From the NCBI GenBank assembly GCA_050294405.1, contig JBNKOC010000028.1:352001-416000 (forward strand): DNA of 64,000 bases, written 5' to 3'. This document shows positions 9,493-20,095 of the stretch, piece by piece. The notes beneath the pieces were generated by a model. It was not told the DNA's origin. It saw only the letters and a list, made by a program, of their open reading frames with translations, and did not search any database. How positions within the stretch are numbered: position 1 is the first letter of the stretch; every line of letters begins with the position of its first letter. Position numbers and translations under genes: made by a program. The stretch is from Fibrobacteria bacterium. GTDB lineage: Bacteria; Fibrobacterota; Fibrobacteria; UBA11236; JADFYW01.

Positions 9493-10380
9493 ATGCAGAC
9501 TGAATTTTTATTTCCGGCAAAAATTAAAAAACTCGAGTCTCTGGAAATCATAAGGTATCTACCCCGTTCAAATTTGAGATCCCTGGGGCCTTTTGTACTC
9601 ATCGACAAGATGGGGCCAGCAGTCATTAGCCCCAATTCTCAATTCGATTTAGGTCAGCATCCTCATATAGGACTTTCCACCTTGACCTATTTGTTTAAGG
9701 GGAGTGTGTTACATAAGGATTCCACTGGAGCTGAACAAATGATACATCCCGGAGATGTAAATTGGATGACGGCCGGAAAAGGCGTAGTCCATGTTGAAAA
9801 ATCTTTTCCTGAGTTTGAAAAAAAAAATTCCTTTGAAATTGAGGGTTTTCAAATTTGGGTGGCTTTACCAAAAGATAAAGAGAATGTATCTGCCAGTTTT
9901 AACCATATTCCATCCCAGCAATTGCCACAATGGCTGGAAGGCTCTTTAAAATTCAAGCTCATTGCTGGAGAGGCTTTTGGAGAAAAATCTCCGGTTCCTG
10001 TGTTTGGTCCCATGTATATGATTGAAATTGAATCCCTAAAAGATGCTGAATTTGATTTAAGGGAGGGTTTATATGGGGAGCTGGGAATTTGTCTTATTAA
10101 GGGAAAACTATTCTTTCGAAATGACGCTATAAATTCGAAGGACCTGCTTTACTGTAGCGAGCCCGCTCAAATCAGTATTCGGTTGGCGGCTCATAGCAAA
10201 ATTTTGCTTTTTGGTGGGCCCAAACTCACTGAGCCTAGGCGTATGGATTGGAACTTTGTTTCCACTAATGAGGAAAGAATCCAAGAGGCTATTAGAAAAT
10301 GGATTTCTAAAGATTTTGAAATGATTCCAGGTGAAAATAGCTATATGCCATATCCTCAAAAATCCCAAAAATCCAAATAA
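9493..10380 (+). CDS. Pirin family protein
   Basis: HPHIG, HKDS and WMTAGKGVVHVE metal-binding motifs; FQIWVALP. Confidence 0.92.
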   Translation: MQTEFLFPAKIKKLESLEIIRYLPRSNLRSLGPFVLIDKMGPAVISPNSQFDLGQHPHIGLSTLTYLFKGSVLHKDSTGAEQMIHPGDVNWMTAGKGVVHVEKSFPEFEKKNSFEIEGFQIWVALPKDKENVSASFNHIPSQQLPQWLEGSLKFKLIAGEAFGEKSPVPVFGPMYMIEIESLKDAEFDLREGLYGELGICLIKGKLFFRNDAINSKDLLYCSEPAQISIRLAAHSKILLFGGPKLTEPRRMDWNFVSTNEERIQEAIRKWISKDFEMIPGENSYMPYPQKSQKSK

Positions 10381-10499
10381 TCGATATTGTTTTAGTGGAT
10401 TAAAATTGTCGGTTTTTTATACAAAAATCGAAATTTTTTACATGCAAAATACTAGGCTATCCATTTTGGCGTCTTTCAGCCAATTAATTTCATTACAAT

Positions 10500-10516
10500 T
10501 TGGCTTAAATTTTGCA
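10500..10516 (+). promoter_or_regulatory. Candidate sigma-54 (-24/-12) promoter for the giant surface protein
   Basis: TTGGCTTAAATTTTGCA with GG-N10-GC spacing, ending 35 nt before ATG 10552. Confidence 0.5.
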
Positions 10517-10551
10517 TCTTTGCAGACATTGCTCCACGAAAAGGATAGGAA

Positions 10552-13500
10552 ATGTTAATGAAAACAAACGGAAAATTTGCAGTAGGCAAATTGAAAAACT
10601 TGTGTGCCATTGGGGTTTTGATGTTCTCCATAAACGTCAATGCTCAGTTTATCAATGTAGAAGGACTTACTTTTCCCGAAAACGCTTTTATTGATACCAT
10701 TTTATCAACTGATTTTACCGGTACTTTCACTGCGGTTAACGGTGCCACGGCAAACTCATTGATAGAAGCTATTGGCGGCTCCAATATGAATACCTGGATG
10801 GATTACGGCCCTCACGATATGGTTCCCGGCGATGATGGGGACTATAATTCCGCGGCTCCTCCAACCCAGTATGTGGAAATAGGATTTACAGATAATGTGG
10901 TATACAATGGCCCTGGAGCGGACATTGTAGTCTTTGAAAGTGGAGACCCTCCAAACGCCACCTTAATTGGATTGGACTATTTTTCAATTATGAACCCCTA
11001 TGATCCTGCCGCTAAGGTATTTGTGGTGGAAGGAGAGTGGCATAACGCCAATACAAATGTGGGCTATTTGGATTTATCCGATTTGGGAGTTGCTTTTGGC
11101 GATTCTGTCAGCAACTTATTTATTTCCTCTGCCCGCGGCCCTGATGGAAACATTTATTGGCATATGCCTGGGTTTCCCGATTGGGGAGTTCCTGAAATAC
11201 AAGCTATTGGGGCTATTCACGCAAGCGTGGAGTTGGAGGCGGCTTTGGATTTTCGCATCAACGCTTCTAATAACGATGCGGAAGAATTGGCCAGCGGCAA
11301 TGTACTTCTTGGGAGTTCTGATTTGGAAATGGCCGATGATGATGCGGGAAACCAGGTAATCGGTTTGCGTTTTACCACAGTAAATATTCCTGTAGACGCC
11401 ATAATTGATACTGCATATCTGGAGTTCGAAACAGACGAAACTTATTCAGGTGCCACGGACTTAACTATTCATGGCGAGGCCTCCGATAATCCGGTGGCAT
11501 ATAGCTCCAGCAGCAATAACATTAGCTCCCGTCCGCTAACTTCTGAATTTGCTCTATGGAGTCCGGGCCCCTGGAATGTTGTCAATGAAAAACACCAATC
11601 TACTGATATTAGCAATATTGTTCAGGAAATAATTGGTCGGGAGGGTTGGTCCTCCAGCAATGCCATGGCCTTTGTGATCTCTGGTACGGGTCGAAGGACT
11701 GCTGAATCTTATGATGGTGAATCTGCAGCTGCGCCTTTGTTGCACGTATATTACCACATGGGCCCTCCTGTAAACAAAGCTCCTAAAGCCAATGCAGGCG
11801 GAAATATGATTGTGGATGTCACCGCAGGAAGCTTTGTGTTGAGCGGGCTGATTTCCGACGATGGTTTGCCTGAAGGCTCCGCACTTAATGTTTTATGGAG
11901 CCAAATATTAGGCCCATTAAGCGCTGGAATTGTTTCACCTAATGCAAATTCCACAACTGTGAATATTTCTGAAGCAGGAAACTACAGTTTTGAACTTTCG
12001 GTGAGCGATGGAGAATATGTCACTTTGGATACAGTGGATGTTTTGGTTACAGAACCTGACTTAACTGCGCCAAGTGTGCCTTCAAATTTGATTTTGACCT
12101 CAGTGGCCTATAACTTGGTGGAGTTGAGTTGGGACCCATCCACTGATAATATTGCGGTTCAAGGATACAATGTGTATCGGAACGGCGCTTTTTTGGGAAC
12201 CGTAGGGGGGACAATCTATAGCGATCCCAGTGTAAGTCCTCTAAATTCCTATAACTATACAGTGGAAGCTTTTGATGCCAACAGCAACTACAGTGGCCAA
12301 TCTACAGGGGTACTTGCAGAAACTCCAGAAGCCTCTTTAGTGTTTGATGTCCAAATCACCAATGGGAACAACGATGTGGAAGAAGGTCAGGATGGAACCA
12401 TGCTTATGGGAAGCTCAGATTTAGAATTGGTGGATGATCCGGGAGCAGGCAATCAGGTTATTGGGCTTCGTTTTACCAATGTTAATCTTCCAGTGGGCGC
12501 TCAGGTCACTTCAGCCTTTATAGAATTCGAAGTGGATGAAACAAGCAACGGTCCTGCATCTTTAAACATTACAGCTCAGTCCAGCGACAATGGGGAAGCT
12601 TTTTCCAATTCGGCCTTTGATGTTTCTAACAGGGCCACTGTTGGATACAGTGTGGCTTGGGATAATGTGCCGGGCTGGACTGCAGTGGATGCGCGCCACC
12701 AAACCCCTAATTTGGCCACAGTGATCCAACCTGTTTTAAACCGTGCGGGCTGGACTTCCGGCAATGCTTTGGTATTTATTATTTCCGGAACCGGAGTAAG
12801 AGTTGCCGAAGCCTATGATGGAGAACCCAATGCAGCGGCACATTTACATGTGGAATATGTGGTGGGACCTCCAGTAAATATGCCTCCCTCTGCCAATGCA
12901 GGTTCTGATATAATTGCCGATATAAGCCTTGGGCCCATAGCTCTGGATGGCTCTTATTCGGATGATGGCCTTCCGCCCAATACAATTAGCTCCAACTGGA
13001 GTCAAATATCCGGGCCGGGCACCCTTAGCTTTGCAAATGCAGCTTTGCTTCAAACCACGCTCACTGCCGATGCCATTGGAGATTACCAGGTAGAATTAAT
13101 GGTGAGCGATGGAGAGTATTCGGACTATGATACATTATTGCTGAGCATTACAGAACCCGATCTCACACCCCCTTCAACTCCTCAAAATTTACAACTGCTT
13201 ACAGCTACAGCCTCTATCGTGGAGTTTTCCTGGAACCCATCCACAGATAATGTGGGCGTATTAGAGTACCAGATTTACAGAAATGGGGCCTTTATTGGAA
13301 ACAGTCCTAATTCCTCTTACGTGGATAACACAGTTAGTTCTCTGCAAGATTATGGCTACAGTGTTTTTGCTGTCGACTTATCTTCCAATGTTTCTTTAGA
13401 ATCCCCGGTCTTGAATGTTTCTACTCCAGATGAAGCGCTTAGCTTTGATGGTCAAATTTCCAATGGAAATGATGATGTGGAAGAAGGCCCCACAGGCACA

Positions 13501-16176
13501 ATGTTAATGAATAGTTCAGACCTGGAATTGGTGGATGATCCCGGTGCGGGAAATCAAACCATTGGCCTTCGTTTCCCCAATATTTCTATTCCCCAGGGAG
13601 CAGTTATCACTTTAGCTTACCTTCAGTTTGAAGTGGATGAAACCGGAGCTTCTGCAACCAACTTGACTATCGCAGCTGAAGATGCGGATAACGCTGCCCC
13701 ATTTACCAGCTCTAATGGAAATGTATCATCCCGTAGCCCGGTGTTTACTTCTGTTCAATGGGATAACTTGCCAGCTTGGAATGCAGTAGATGTGAAACAT
13801 CAAACTCCAAACCTGGCAAGTATTATTCAGCCCGTCGTGAACCGTTTGGGTTGGTCCGAAGGCAATGCAATGTCTTTTATAATTACCGGAACTGGTTTGA
13901 GAACGGCGGAAGCCTATGAAGGAGAAACTGCTGCTGCGGCAGAGTTGCACATTGAATACAATCTGGGAGATCCGGTGAATCAAGCTCCCATTGCTAATGC
14001 TGGAAGTGATATTATTCATGATATCACTTTGGGAAACGTATCTCTCAACGGACAGGCTTCAGATGATGGGTTACCAGAAGGCAGCAGTCTTTCAAATAGC
14101 TGGAGCCAGGTTTACGGTAGCGGAACCGCAACATTCAGTAACGAGTTTGATTTAAACTCTCAGGTTAGTTTTGATGTTGTGGGAATTTACGGCCTGCAAT
14201 TAGCGGTTAGTGATGGAGAGCTTACAGACTACGATACTTTGGAAGTAGAAGTCACAGAACCTGATTTAACCGCTCCTTCCGTTCCGTTAAACTTAGTGGC
14301 TGATGCCGCCTCTGCAAACCAAATTGATTTAAACTGGGATGCTAGCACAGATAACATTGGAGTGGATTTTTATACCGTATACCGCAACAATGTTCAGGTA
14401 GCTACAGTGACTGGCACCAGCTATAGTGATGGAGGATTGTTTCCCTTAACAGAATACAGCTACACTGTCGATGCGGTTGATTTTTCAGGCAACCACTCCA
14501 ACGAGTCACCCTCCGCTTTGGCAACCACCCTGGAACTGAGTTTTGAATTCGAAGTCCGGGTATCCAGCAGCGCTGATGATGCCGAAGAAATGGAATCAGG
14601 AGTTATGCTGTTAGGCAGTTCCGATTTGGAATTGGTGGATGACCCCGCAGGTGGGGGAAACCAATTGGTGGGAGTTCGCTTCCGAGATGTAGCTATTCCT
14701 GCAAATGCTCAAATTACTGCTGCCTATATTGAATTTGAAGTAGATGAAACTGGAAACGATGTGGCAAATATAAGCATTTCTGCGGAAGACTCCGATAACC
14801 CTGGGGCATTTGGAAGTTCCACAAATAATATTTCAACACGTGCCCTAATTCCTGTGGCAGTGGACTGGAATAACATTGAGCCCTGGAATACTGTGAATGC
14901 CACTCATCAAACTTCAGATATCTCTGCTTTAATTCAAAATCTGGTTTACCGGCCAGGCTGGGCAGAGGGAAATAGCATGGTATTTGTATTTTCTGGAAGT
15001 GGATGGCGTACAGCTGAGGCTTATGATGGAGAATCAGCAGCAGCCCCATTGTTGCATATTGAATATTTGCCAGGCGAACCTGGAAACCGTGCTCCGCTTG
15101 TAAATGCCGGGCCAGATGCGGTAACCTCAATTGTTTCCAGCTATGAGCTTGCTGGAAGCGCAAGCGATGACGGTCTTCCCGAAGGAAGCCCATTATCCTA
15201 TTTGTGGAGGCAGTTAAGCGGACCTGCCACAGCAGTATTTTCAGATACAACTGTGGCGACCCCTTCTGTAACTTTCCCATCCGCGGGTGTGTACAGTTTT
15301 GAGCTGTCCGTGGATGATGGAGAGCTAGAAGGGAGCGATGAGGTTAGCCTAACTGTAACCGAACCCGATCTGGCAGCTCCTTCAGTTCCTCAGAACTTAG
15401 ATGCAGTGGGTGTTGGCCCAAGTCAAATTAATTTGTCCTGGGACGCCAGCACGGATAATATTGCTGTTGCGGGTTATGATATTTACATGGACGGCGGTTT
15501 GATTGGAAATACCAGCAGCACTCAATTTAGCGTAACTGGTCTTAGCCTGTTGACGAGCTACTCCTTTACTGTGGAGGCCTATGATGCCTCTGGAAATTAT
15601 TCTGGCCAAAGCATTTCTGCCATCGGCCAAACCACCGATATGATATTCCAATTTGAAACCCGCATAAATAGCGGTAACAATGATGTGGAAGAATATCCAA
15701 ATGGATACATATTGATGGGAAGTTCCGATTTGGAAATTGTGGATGATGTTTCCGGTTCAGGCTTGCAAGTAATTGGCCTAAGGTTCACGGGAGTAAATAT
15801 TCCTCAAGGGGCTACCATTACCAATGCTTATATAGAGTTTGAAACAGACGAAGTAAGTAACGGTACAGCAAACTTCGAAATATTTGGCGAAGATGTGGAT
15901 TATGCCCCCGCTTTTAGCAATGCGAGTTATGATGTGTCAAACAGACTAACAGTTCCAAATTCTGTTTTATGGAGCAACGTGGAAAACTGGAGTGCAGTTG
16001 ACGCCACTCACCAGACTCCAAACATCGCAGCAGTTATTCAGGATATTGTAGATAGAGGTGGTTGGAATTCCGGAAACCCTTTGGTGATAATGATTACAGG
16101 CGCGGGAACCCGAACTGCTGAAGCTTATGATGGAGAATCTTCAGCTGCTCCGCTTCTTCATATTGAATATCAGTAA
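10552..16176 (+). CDS. 1874-aa secreted acidic modular surface protein: N-domain + 4x(domain X-PKD-FN3) + domain X
   Basis: Signal peptide; five ~170-aa repeats with (N/D)D(A/V)EE…SSDLE…GLRF…EFE.DE…R.AE.Y.GE…LHIEY; PKD-like units (ANAG…SDDGLP…VSDGE) and FN3 units (W..STDN..V..Y.VYRN…Y.Y.VEA.D). Confidence 0.85.
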   Translation: MLMKTNGKFAVGKLKNLCAIGVLMFSINVNAQFINVEGLTFPENAFIDTILSTDFTGTFTAVNGATANSLIEAIGGSNMNTWMDYGPHDMVPGDDGDYNSAAPPTQYVEIGFTDNVVYNGPGADIVVFESGDPPNATLIGLDYFSIMNPYDPAAKVFVVEGEWHNANTNVGYLDLSDLGVAFGDSVSNLFISSARGPDGNIYWHMPGFPDWGVPEIQAIGAIHASVELEAALDFRINASNNDAEELASGNVLLGSSDLEMADDDAGNQVIGLRFTTVNIPVDAIIDTAYLEFETDETYSGATDLTIHGEASDNPVAYSSSSNNISSRPLTSEFALWSPGPWNVVNEKHQSTDISNIVQEIIGREGWSSSNAMAFVISGTGRRTAESYDGESAAAPLLHVYYHMGPPVNKAPKANAGGNMIVDVTAGSFVLSGLISDDGLPEGSALNVLWSQILGPLSAGIVSPNANSTTVNISEAGNYSFELSVSDGEYVTLDTVDVLVTEPDLTAPSVPSNLILTSVAYNLVELSWDPSTDNIAVQGYNVYRNGAFLGTVGGTIYSDPSVSPLNSYNYTVEAFDANSNYSGQSTGVLAETPEASLVFDVQITNGNNDVEEGQDGTMLMGSSDLELVDDPGAGNQVIGLRFTNVNLPVGAQVTSAFIEFEVDETSNGPASLNITAQSSDNGEAFSNSAFDVSNRATVGYSVAWDNVPGWTAVDARHQTPNLATVIQPVLNRAGWTSGNALVFIISGTGVRVAEAYDGEPNAAAHLHVEYVVGPPVNMPPSANAGSDIIADISLGPIALDGSYSDDGLPPNTISSNWSQISGPGTLSFANAALLQTTLTADAIGDYQVELMVSDGEYSDYDTLLLSITEPDLTPPSTPQNLQLLTATASIVEFSWNPSTDNVGVLEYQIYRNGAFIGNSPNSSYVDNTVSSLQDYGYSVFAVDLSSNVSLESPVLNVSTPDEALSFDGQISNGNDDVEEGPTGTMLMNSSDLELVDDPGAGNQTIGLRFPNISIPQGAVITLAYLQFEVDETGASATNLTIAAEDADNAAPFTSSNGNVSSRSPVFTSVQWDNLPAWNAVDVKHQTPNLASIIQPVVNRLGWSEGNAMSFIITGTGLRTAEAYEGETAAAAELHIEYNLGDPVNQAPIANAGSDIIHDITLGNVSLNGQASDDGLPEGSSLSNSWSQVYGSGTATFSNEFDLNSQVSFDVVGIYGLQLAVSDGELTDYDTLEVEVTEPDLTAPSVPLNLVADAASANQIDLNWDASTDNIGVDFYTVYRNNVQVATVTGTSYSDGGLFPLTEYSYTVDAVDFSGNHSNESPSALATTLELSFEFEVRVSSSADDAEEMESGVMLLGSSDLELVDDPAGGGNQLVGVRFRDVAIPANAQITAAYIEFEVDETGNDVANISISAEDSDNPGAFGSSTNNISTRALIPVAVDWNNIEPWNTVNATHQTSDISALIQNLVYRPGWAEGNSMVFVFSGSGWRTAEAYDGESAAAPLLHIEYLPGEPGNRAPLVNAGPDAVTSIVSSYELAGSASDDGLPEGSPLSYLWRQLSGPATAVFSDTTVATPSVTFPSAGVYSFELSVDDGELEGSDEVSLTVTEPDLAAPSVPQNLDAVGVGPSQINLSWDASTDNIAVAGYDIYMDGGLIGNTSSTQFSVTGLSLLTSYSFTVEAYDASGNYSGQSISAIGQTTDMIFQFETRINSGNNDVEEYPNGYILMGSSDLEIVDDVSGSGLQVIGLRFTGVNIPQGATITNAYIEFETDEVSNGTANFEIFGEDVDYAPAFSNASYDVSNRLTVPNSVLWSNVENWSAVDATHQTPNIAAVIQDIVDRGGWNSGNPLVIMITGAGTRTAEAYDGESSAAPLLHIEYQ
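11245..16173 (+). repeat. Intragenic tandem repeat, period about 1.1 kb (about 367 aa)
   Basis: Domain X copies start near 11245, 12340, 13441, 14545 and 15649; diverged in DNA but clearly homologous in protein. Confidence 0.85.
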
Positions 16177-18275
16177 TTTATAGGGAGGATACTTAGATAT
16201 CCTCCTATTTTAACAAACAATGGCCCTTTAATTTTCGGGTTCAGAAGCTTCCATTTATTTTTCCCCATGGGAAATGCAGAGCCTAATTTTTTGCCTTCCA
16301 TATTGTAAAGCCCAACTTCTGCTTGGCTATTTAATTCGGGGTTCTCCAGATGGATAATCCAGTAATGTGAATTCGCAAAAATTTTAGCAGGAGAGGCAAC
16401 TTGTCTTTTTACAGAACTTATTTCGTTTGTTGCCGACCAACCAATTATAGACAATAGCAGGCCACCCCGGGAAGCAAAGTTTCCATTGATGTTAATTAAG
16501 TTGTAGTATCCTGCATCTTGTTCTTTGATTTCATAGATGGAAGTGCCGTATTCCCCTGCTTGAATAGTAGTTTCTGACATGGGGTGCCACAGTCCTTCAT
16601 CTCCGCTTACAGGCCTGTCTGAATCACTGCTACTAAATTGGGGAGTGAATTGGATGGTGCTGTCAGTGTTATTGTACCAAAGAGCATATATAAATTGTCC
16701 GGCTTCTAGGTTTAAGTACTCCCCGGTAAGGCCCTGAAAATTGTAATCCTTATTTTCCCCTTCGGTAATACCTACACTGCCATTTCCCTGGGGATAATAA
16801 CCTGTGTATCTATCCATGATTGGAATATTGAAAAAACCGGTTCCGTAATTATTGCCTGATTCATTTTCTCCATAATTAACCAGGATAATTAAAGAATCCA
16901 AATTGTGAACATTTGTGGAGATCTCCGAGGCGGAACTTAATTCGCTGGACACTGCTTGCTCAGTTATGCATTGAACCCTATAGGAAAATTCCTGATTTAT
17001 GTTGCCGGATACATCAGTGTATTGCAATTCCTGGGTAGAATCTAAAATTTCGCCGTCCTTAAAAATTCTAAATACAGTTGAGTTGGAAGGGGGATTTGGA
17101 TCCTGCCAACTCAATACCACATTACCCTGAGGATCCATATAAGTTTTTAAGGAATCCGGCGCCATGGGTGCATCTGCTTGATTGGAAGCGGCCTCTGTGG
17201 TTAGCTGTATAGCACCAGACCTGTTTCCCTCAAGACCCGCAGAATTTACAGCGGACACTTCAAAGCTGTATTGGGTTTCAGGAGACAGTCCGGTAACACT
17301 AAAGCTGCGTGATGTTGTGGAGTCCAGCAAATTATCATCCATATAAATTTTATAGCGGACCACATTGCTTTCATTATCTGTGGCTGCTTGCCAGCTTAAA
17401 TTTACAGAACCGGGACCGCTGGCTGAACCTTGCAAGCTTCCCGGAGCTGAGGGTGGGGTATTATCTGTTGGTGTTGAACTGCTTCCTGCGATTTGGAGAC
17501 AAAGATCTCTTTCGCTTGCGGATAGTTCACTAGTACTTATATGATCAAAGCTCATGCTGCTTAAGTTGTATCCCAAAGATTTAAACATCATAAGGGCCAC
17601 TAAAAAATTTCCATTTCCTTGAAAGTGTCCCCCATCACTTGTCATTACATTATCAAAACCCAAATTAGATACCAGCACTTTAATAGCTGAGTCCACTTCA
17701 GCTACATATACATTGATTCCATCTCCCTGTAGCTCTGCAATTTTTTGCTTCATGGCGCTGTTATGGCCCGACCAGTCCCGATAACTTGTGGATTCCCTTT
17801 CAAAAGAATAAGCGGTTTCAGTGGAAATAATTGCATTGGGGGATTGAGTGGCTATTTCCCGAACAAAACTTTCAAAGCTACTGGCAAATTCCGATGCAGT
17901 TCGTTCTCCATCTAAATCCTGATTGCCCGATTCCTGGAAATGAACCCAGGTCGCATTTGGATGGTTGGAATTATCGTTGTACCGGGCTCTGGATTGCTGA
18001 AGGCTTTCCCCCCCCACACCATGTTTAAAAAAATTAAGACCGGTGGTGTCAAAATTTCCGGCATATATTGTGAGAAAAGCCGCATTTTGGGAAATCAAAC
18101 TGGGAGTTTCAGTAGCTCTGCCATCTGTTTCGCTATCGCCATAAAACTGCCAATCATCTCCGAGGTTTTGCTGAGAGTATGACTGTGAAAAAACAATTAG
18201 AATAAAAACCCAAATTAGTTTGAAGCCAGAATAGGCAATATTTTTGCCCAGTAGCTTTTTCTGCAAAAAATCCAT
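16170..18275 (-). CDS. Secreted SGNH-type esterase with FN3 domains, a beta-rich accessory domain and C-terminal sorting-like tail
   Basis: Signal peptide; block I FYGDS, block II GVGG, block III SGNQD, block V DGGH; two FN3-like units; tail GLYNMEGKKL. Confidence 0.7.
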   Translation of the reverse strand: MDFLQKKLLGKNIAYSGFKLIWVFILIVFSQSYSQQNLGDDWQFYGDSETDGRATETPSLISQNAAFLTIYAGNFDTTGLNFFKHGVGGESLQQSRARYNDNSNHPNATWVHFQESGNQDLDGERTASEFASSFESFVREIATQSPNAIISTETAYSFERESTSYRDWSGHNSAMKQKIAELQGDGINVYVAEVDSAIKVLVSNLGFDNVMTSDGGHFQGNGNFLVALMMFKSLGYNLSSMSFDHISTSELSASERDLCLQIAGSSSTPTDNTPPSAPGSLQGSASGPGSVNLSWQAATDNESNVVRYKIYMDDNLLDSTTSRSFSVTGLSPETQYSFEVSAVNSAGLEGNRSGAIQLTTEAASNQADAPMAPDSLKTYMDPQGNVVLSWQDPNPPSNSTVFRIFKDGEILDSTQELQYTDVSGNINQEFSYRVQCITEQAVSSELSSASEISTNVHNLDSLIILVNYGENESGNNYGTGFFNIPIMDRYTGYYPQGNGSVGITEGENKDYNFQGLTGEYLNLEAGQFIYALWYNNTDSTIQFTPQFSSSDSDRPVSGDEGLWHPMSETTIQAGEYGTSIYEIKEQDAGYYNLININGNFASRGGLLLSIIGWSATNEISSVKRQVASPAKIFANSHYWIIHLENPELNSQAEVGLYNMEGKKLGSAFPMGKNKWKLLNPKIKGPLFVKIGGYLSILPINY

Positions 18276-18399
18276 AGTTGCGATTTCACCCTCCCAAAAG
18301 CATTATAATAAAGATACGCCCTTAAAGGACAGCACTTTGATTTGTAAAATTGCGCGTTTGGAGATAAAGATCTCCAAATCAAAAAAAGCTTTATTCAGT

Positions 18400-19854
18400 C
18401 TAATTCAGTAAAATTTTCTTTTGCATAAGTCCTTTATTTGTAGGAATTTGCACTAAATAAACTCCAGGCTTTAACTCGAAATCAATTCTGTTTTTTTCCG
18501 ATGGAAAATAGCTCCCCATTTTGGTTCCCTGAAGTCCAAAGATTTGGACAGGACCCAAAAGTTCCTTCACAGAAAGCTCCATAAAATAATGTCCATTGGC
18601 CTTTCCGTATTGGAAAGGGGCCTTGTTTAGCTGTCCAAATTTAATGGAACTGCCCTCCACGGGTTCTAAATCGGGATGATCCAACAAATAAATAGTCCCT
18701 TCATCTCGGCTGACCACATATACATTGCCCTTGGAATCCAAGGAAAAGGAACTGGGTTTATATACATCGGCCACTAAAAATTTTTCTCCATTTTCTCCAT
18801 CTTCATGGGTTAAAGCCCACATTACATTTTTGTCGTAATCTGCAAAAAAGTAAACTCCGTATAACGGAGAGCCGGGATTTCCCCTAAAAACCTGTCCTCC
18901 TATTATGGAAGTGGCTTCGCTATGGCTCAGATCGATAACTGGCTCTTTGAACCCGTCTCTGTCGCAACTGCTGGGAGGATTGTAGCTGTCTGAGGGGTCG
19001 AAACAAGAAAAACCCTCGACCATGCTCCAGCCAAAATTATCCCCGGCATCCACCAGGTCTATTTCTTCTTTGTAATTTTGACCCACATCGGCCACCCAGA
19101 GATCGCCGTTAACAACATCAAAACTAAATCTCCAGGGATTGCGAAGTCCGTAAGCATAAATTTCCTTGCGTGTATCCGGGTCGGAGTTGTCTACAAATGG
19201 GTTGTCATTGGGAATGGCATAGTTTCCGTCGGATTTGTCATCTACATCGATTCTTAAAATTTTACCAAAAATGGCAGTTAAATCCTGTCCATGTTCATTG
19301 GGGTCCCGGCCTGGGCCGCCATCTCCAAGCCCAATGTATAGGTATCCATCGGGCCCAAAAGCAATTTGCCCTCCGTTGTGGTTCCACTCTGGCTGGCTAA
19401 ACCGCATAATTTCCACACTGTGCCCATCGTCCCCCGTTAAATCTTCTGTCATTTTTCTTTCTTCCAAAACGGATTTAAAGCCGCTGGAGTTTTCTATGTA
19501 ATAGATGTAATAGAGCTGGTTTTCCTCAAAATCCGGATGAAAGGCAAGGCCCAATAGTCCTTGTTCTGTTCGTCCAGTTTCCACATCTATTTCCAGAATG
19601 GGAGCAGATGTATAGCTATCCCCGTCTTTTTCAAGAAGAATTATTTCACCTTCCCATTGATACACCAAAAAACTCCCAGGTTTGGAAGGTATTTCTTCAA
19701 AGCCAATGGGGTTGTCCAGCTGATTGTCGGCATCTGTCCCAAACATGGCTGTGAGGTTAATTTCTATATCGATATTTTGCCCATATGAGTACGCGAGAAC
19801 GCAAAAAGAAAGTGCAGATAAAATTGTGAATTTTTTAAACGAAAGCTGTAGCAT
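18400..19854 (-). CDS. Secreted PQQ-dependent glucose/sorbosone dehydrogenase-family protein
   Basis: EQGLLGLAFHPDF, NHNGGQIAFGPDGYLYIGLGDGG, GKILRIDVD, YAYGLRNPWRFSFD, DVGQ; tail QIFGLQG…PGVYLV. Confidence 0.9.
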   Translation of the reverse strand: MLQLSFKKFTILSALSFCVLAYSYGQNIDIEINLTAMFGTDADNQLDNPIGFEEIPSKPGSFLVYQWEGEIILLEKDGDSYTSAPILEIDVETGRTEQGLLGLAFHPDFEENQLYYIYYIENSSGFKSVLEERKMTEDLTGDDGHSVEIMRFSQPEWNHNGGQIAFGPDGYLYIGLGDGGPGRDPNEHGQDLTAIFGKILRIDVDDKSDGNYAIPNDNPFVDNSDPDTRKEIYAYGLRNPWRFSFDVVNGDLWVADVGQNYKEEIDLVDAGDNFGWSMVEGFSCFDPSDSYNPPSSCDRDGFKEPVIDLSHSEATSIIGGQVFRGNPGSPLYGVYFFADYDKNVMWALTHEDGENGEKFLVADVYKPSSFSLDSKGNVYVVSRDEGTIYLLDHPDLEPVEGSSIKFGQLNKAPFQYGKANGHYFMELSVKELLGPVQIFGLQGTKMGSYFPSEKNRIDFELKPGVYLVQIPTNKGLMQKKILLN

Positions 19855-20095
19855 AATATTTCCTCGTATCCTTGAGAATAGTATAATTTGGGAGGATTGT
19901 TTTTTAGCTTACTATATAAGGTTAGCTAAAAGCAATAAAATGTGGAAGGCACTATAGGAAATGATACCATTTTGAAATAGGGCTGACCATATTATTTTAG
20001 GTTGGCCTGATATTGGCGCAATTGCTCCATTTTTCTTCCGAAACAGGAGAAAAAATGTAATTTTAAGGCTTGTTTTGGCTCTGTGAGTTGAGGAA

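Noticed and set aside
11245..16173. Long periodic repeats as a CRISPR array or mobile element
   Set aside because: They are in-frame, diverged protein-domain repeats within one ORF.
18357..18378. Hairpin TTTGGAGAT-AAAG-ATCTCCAAA as a terminator
   Set aside because: No U tract follows it on the transcribed (minus) strand; it may only be a stability element.
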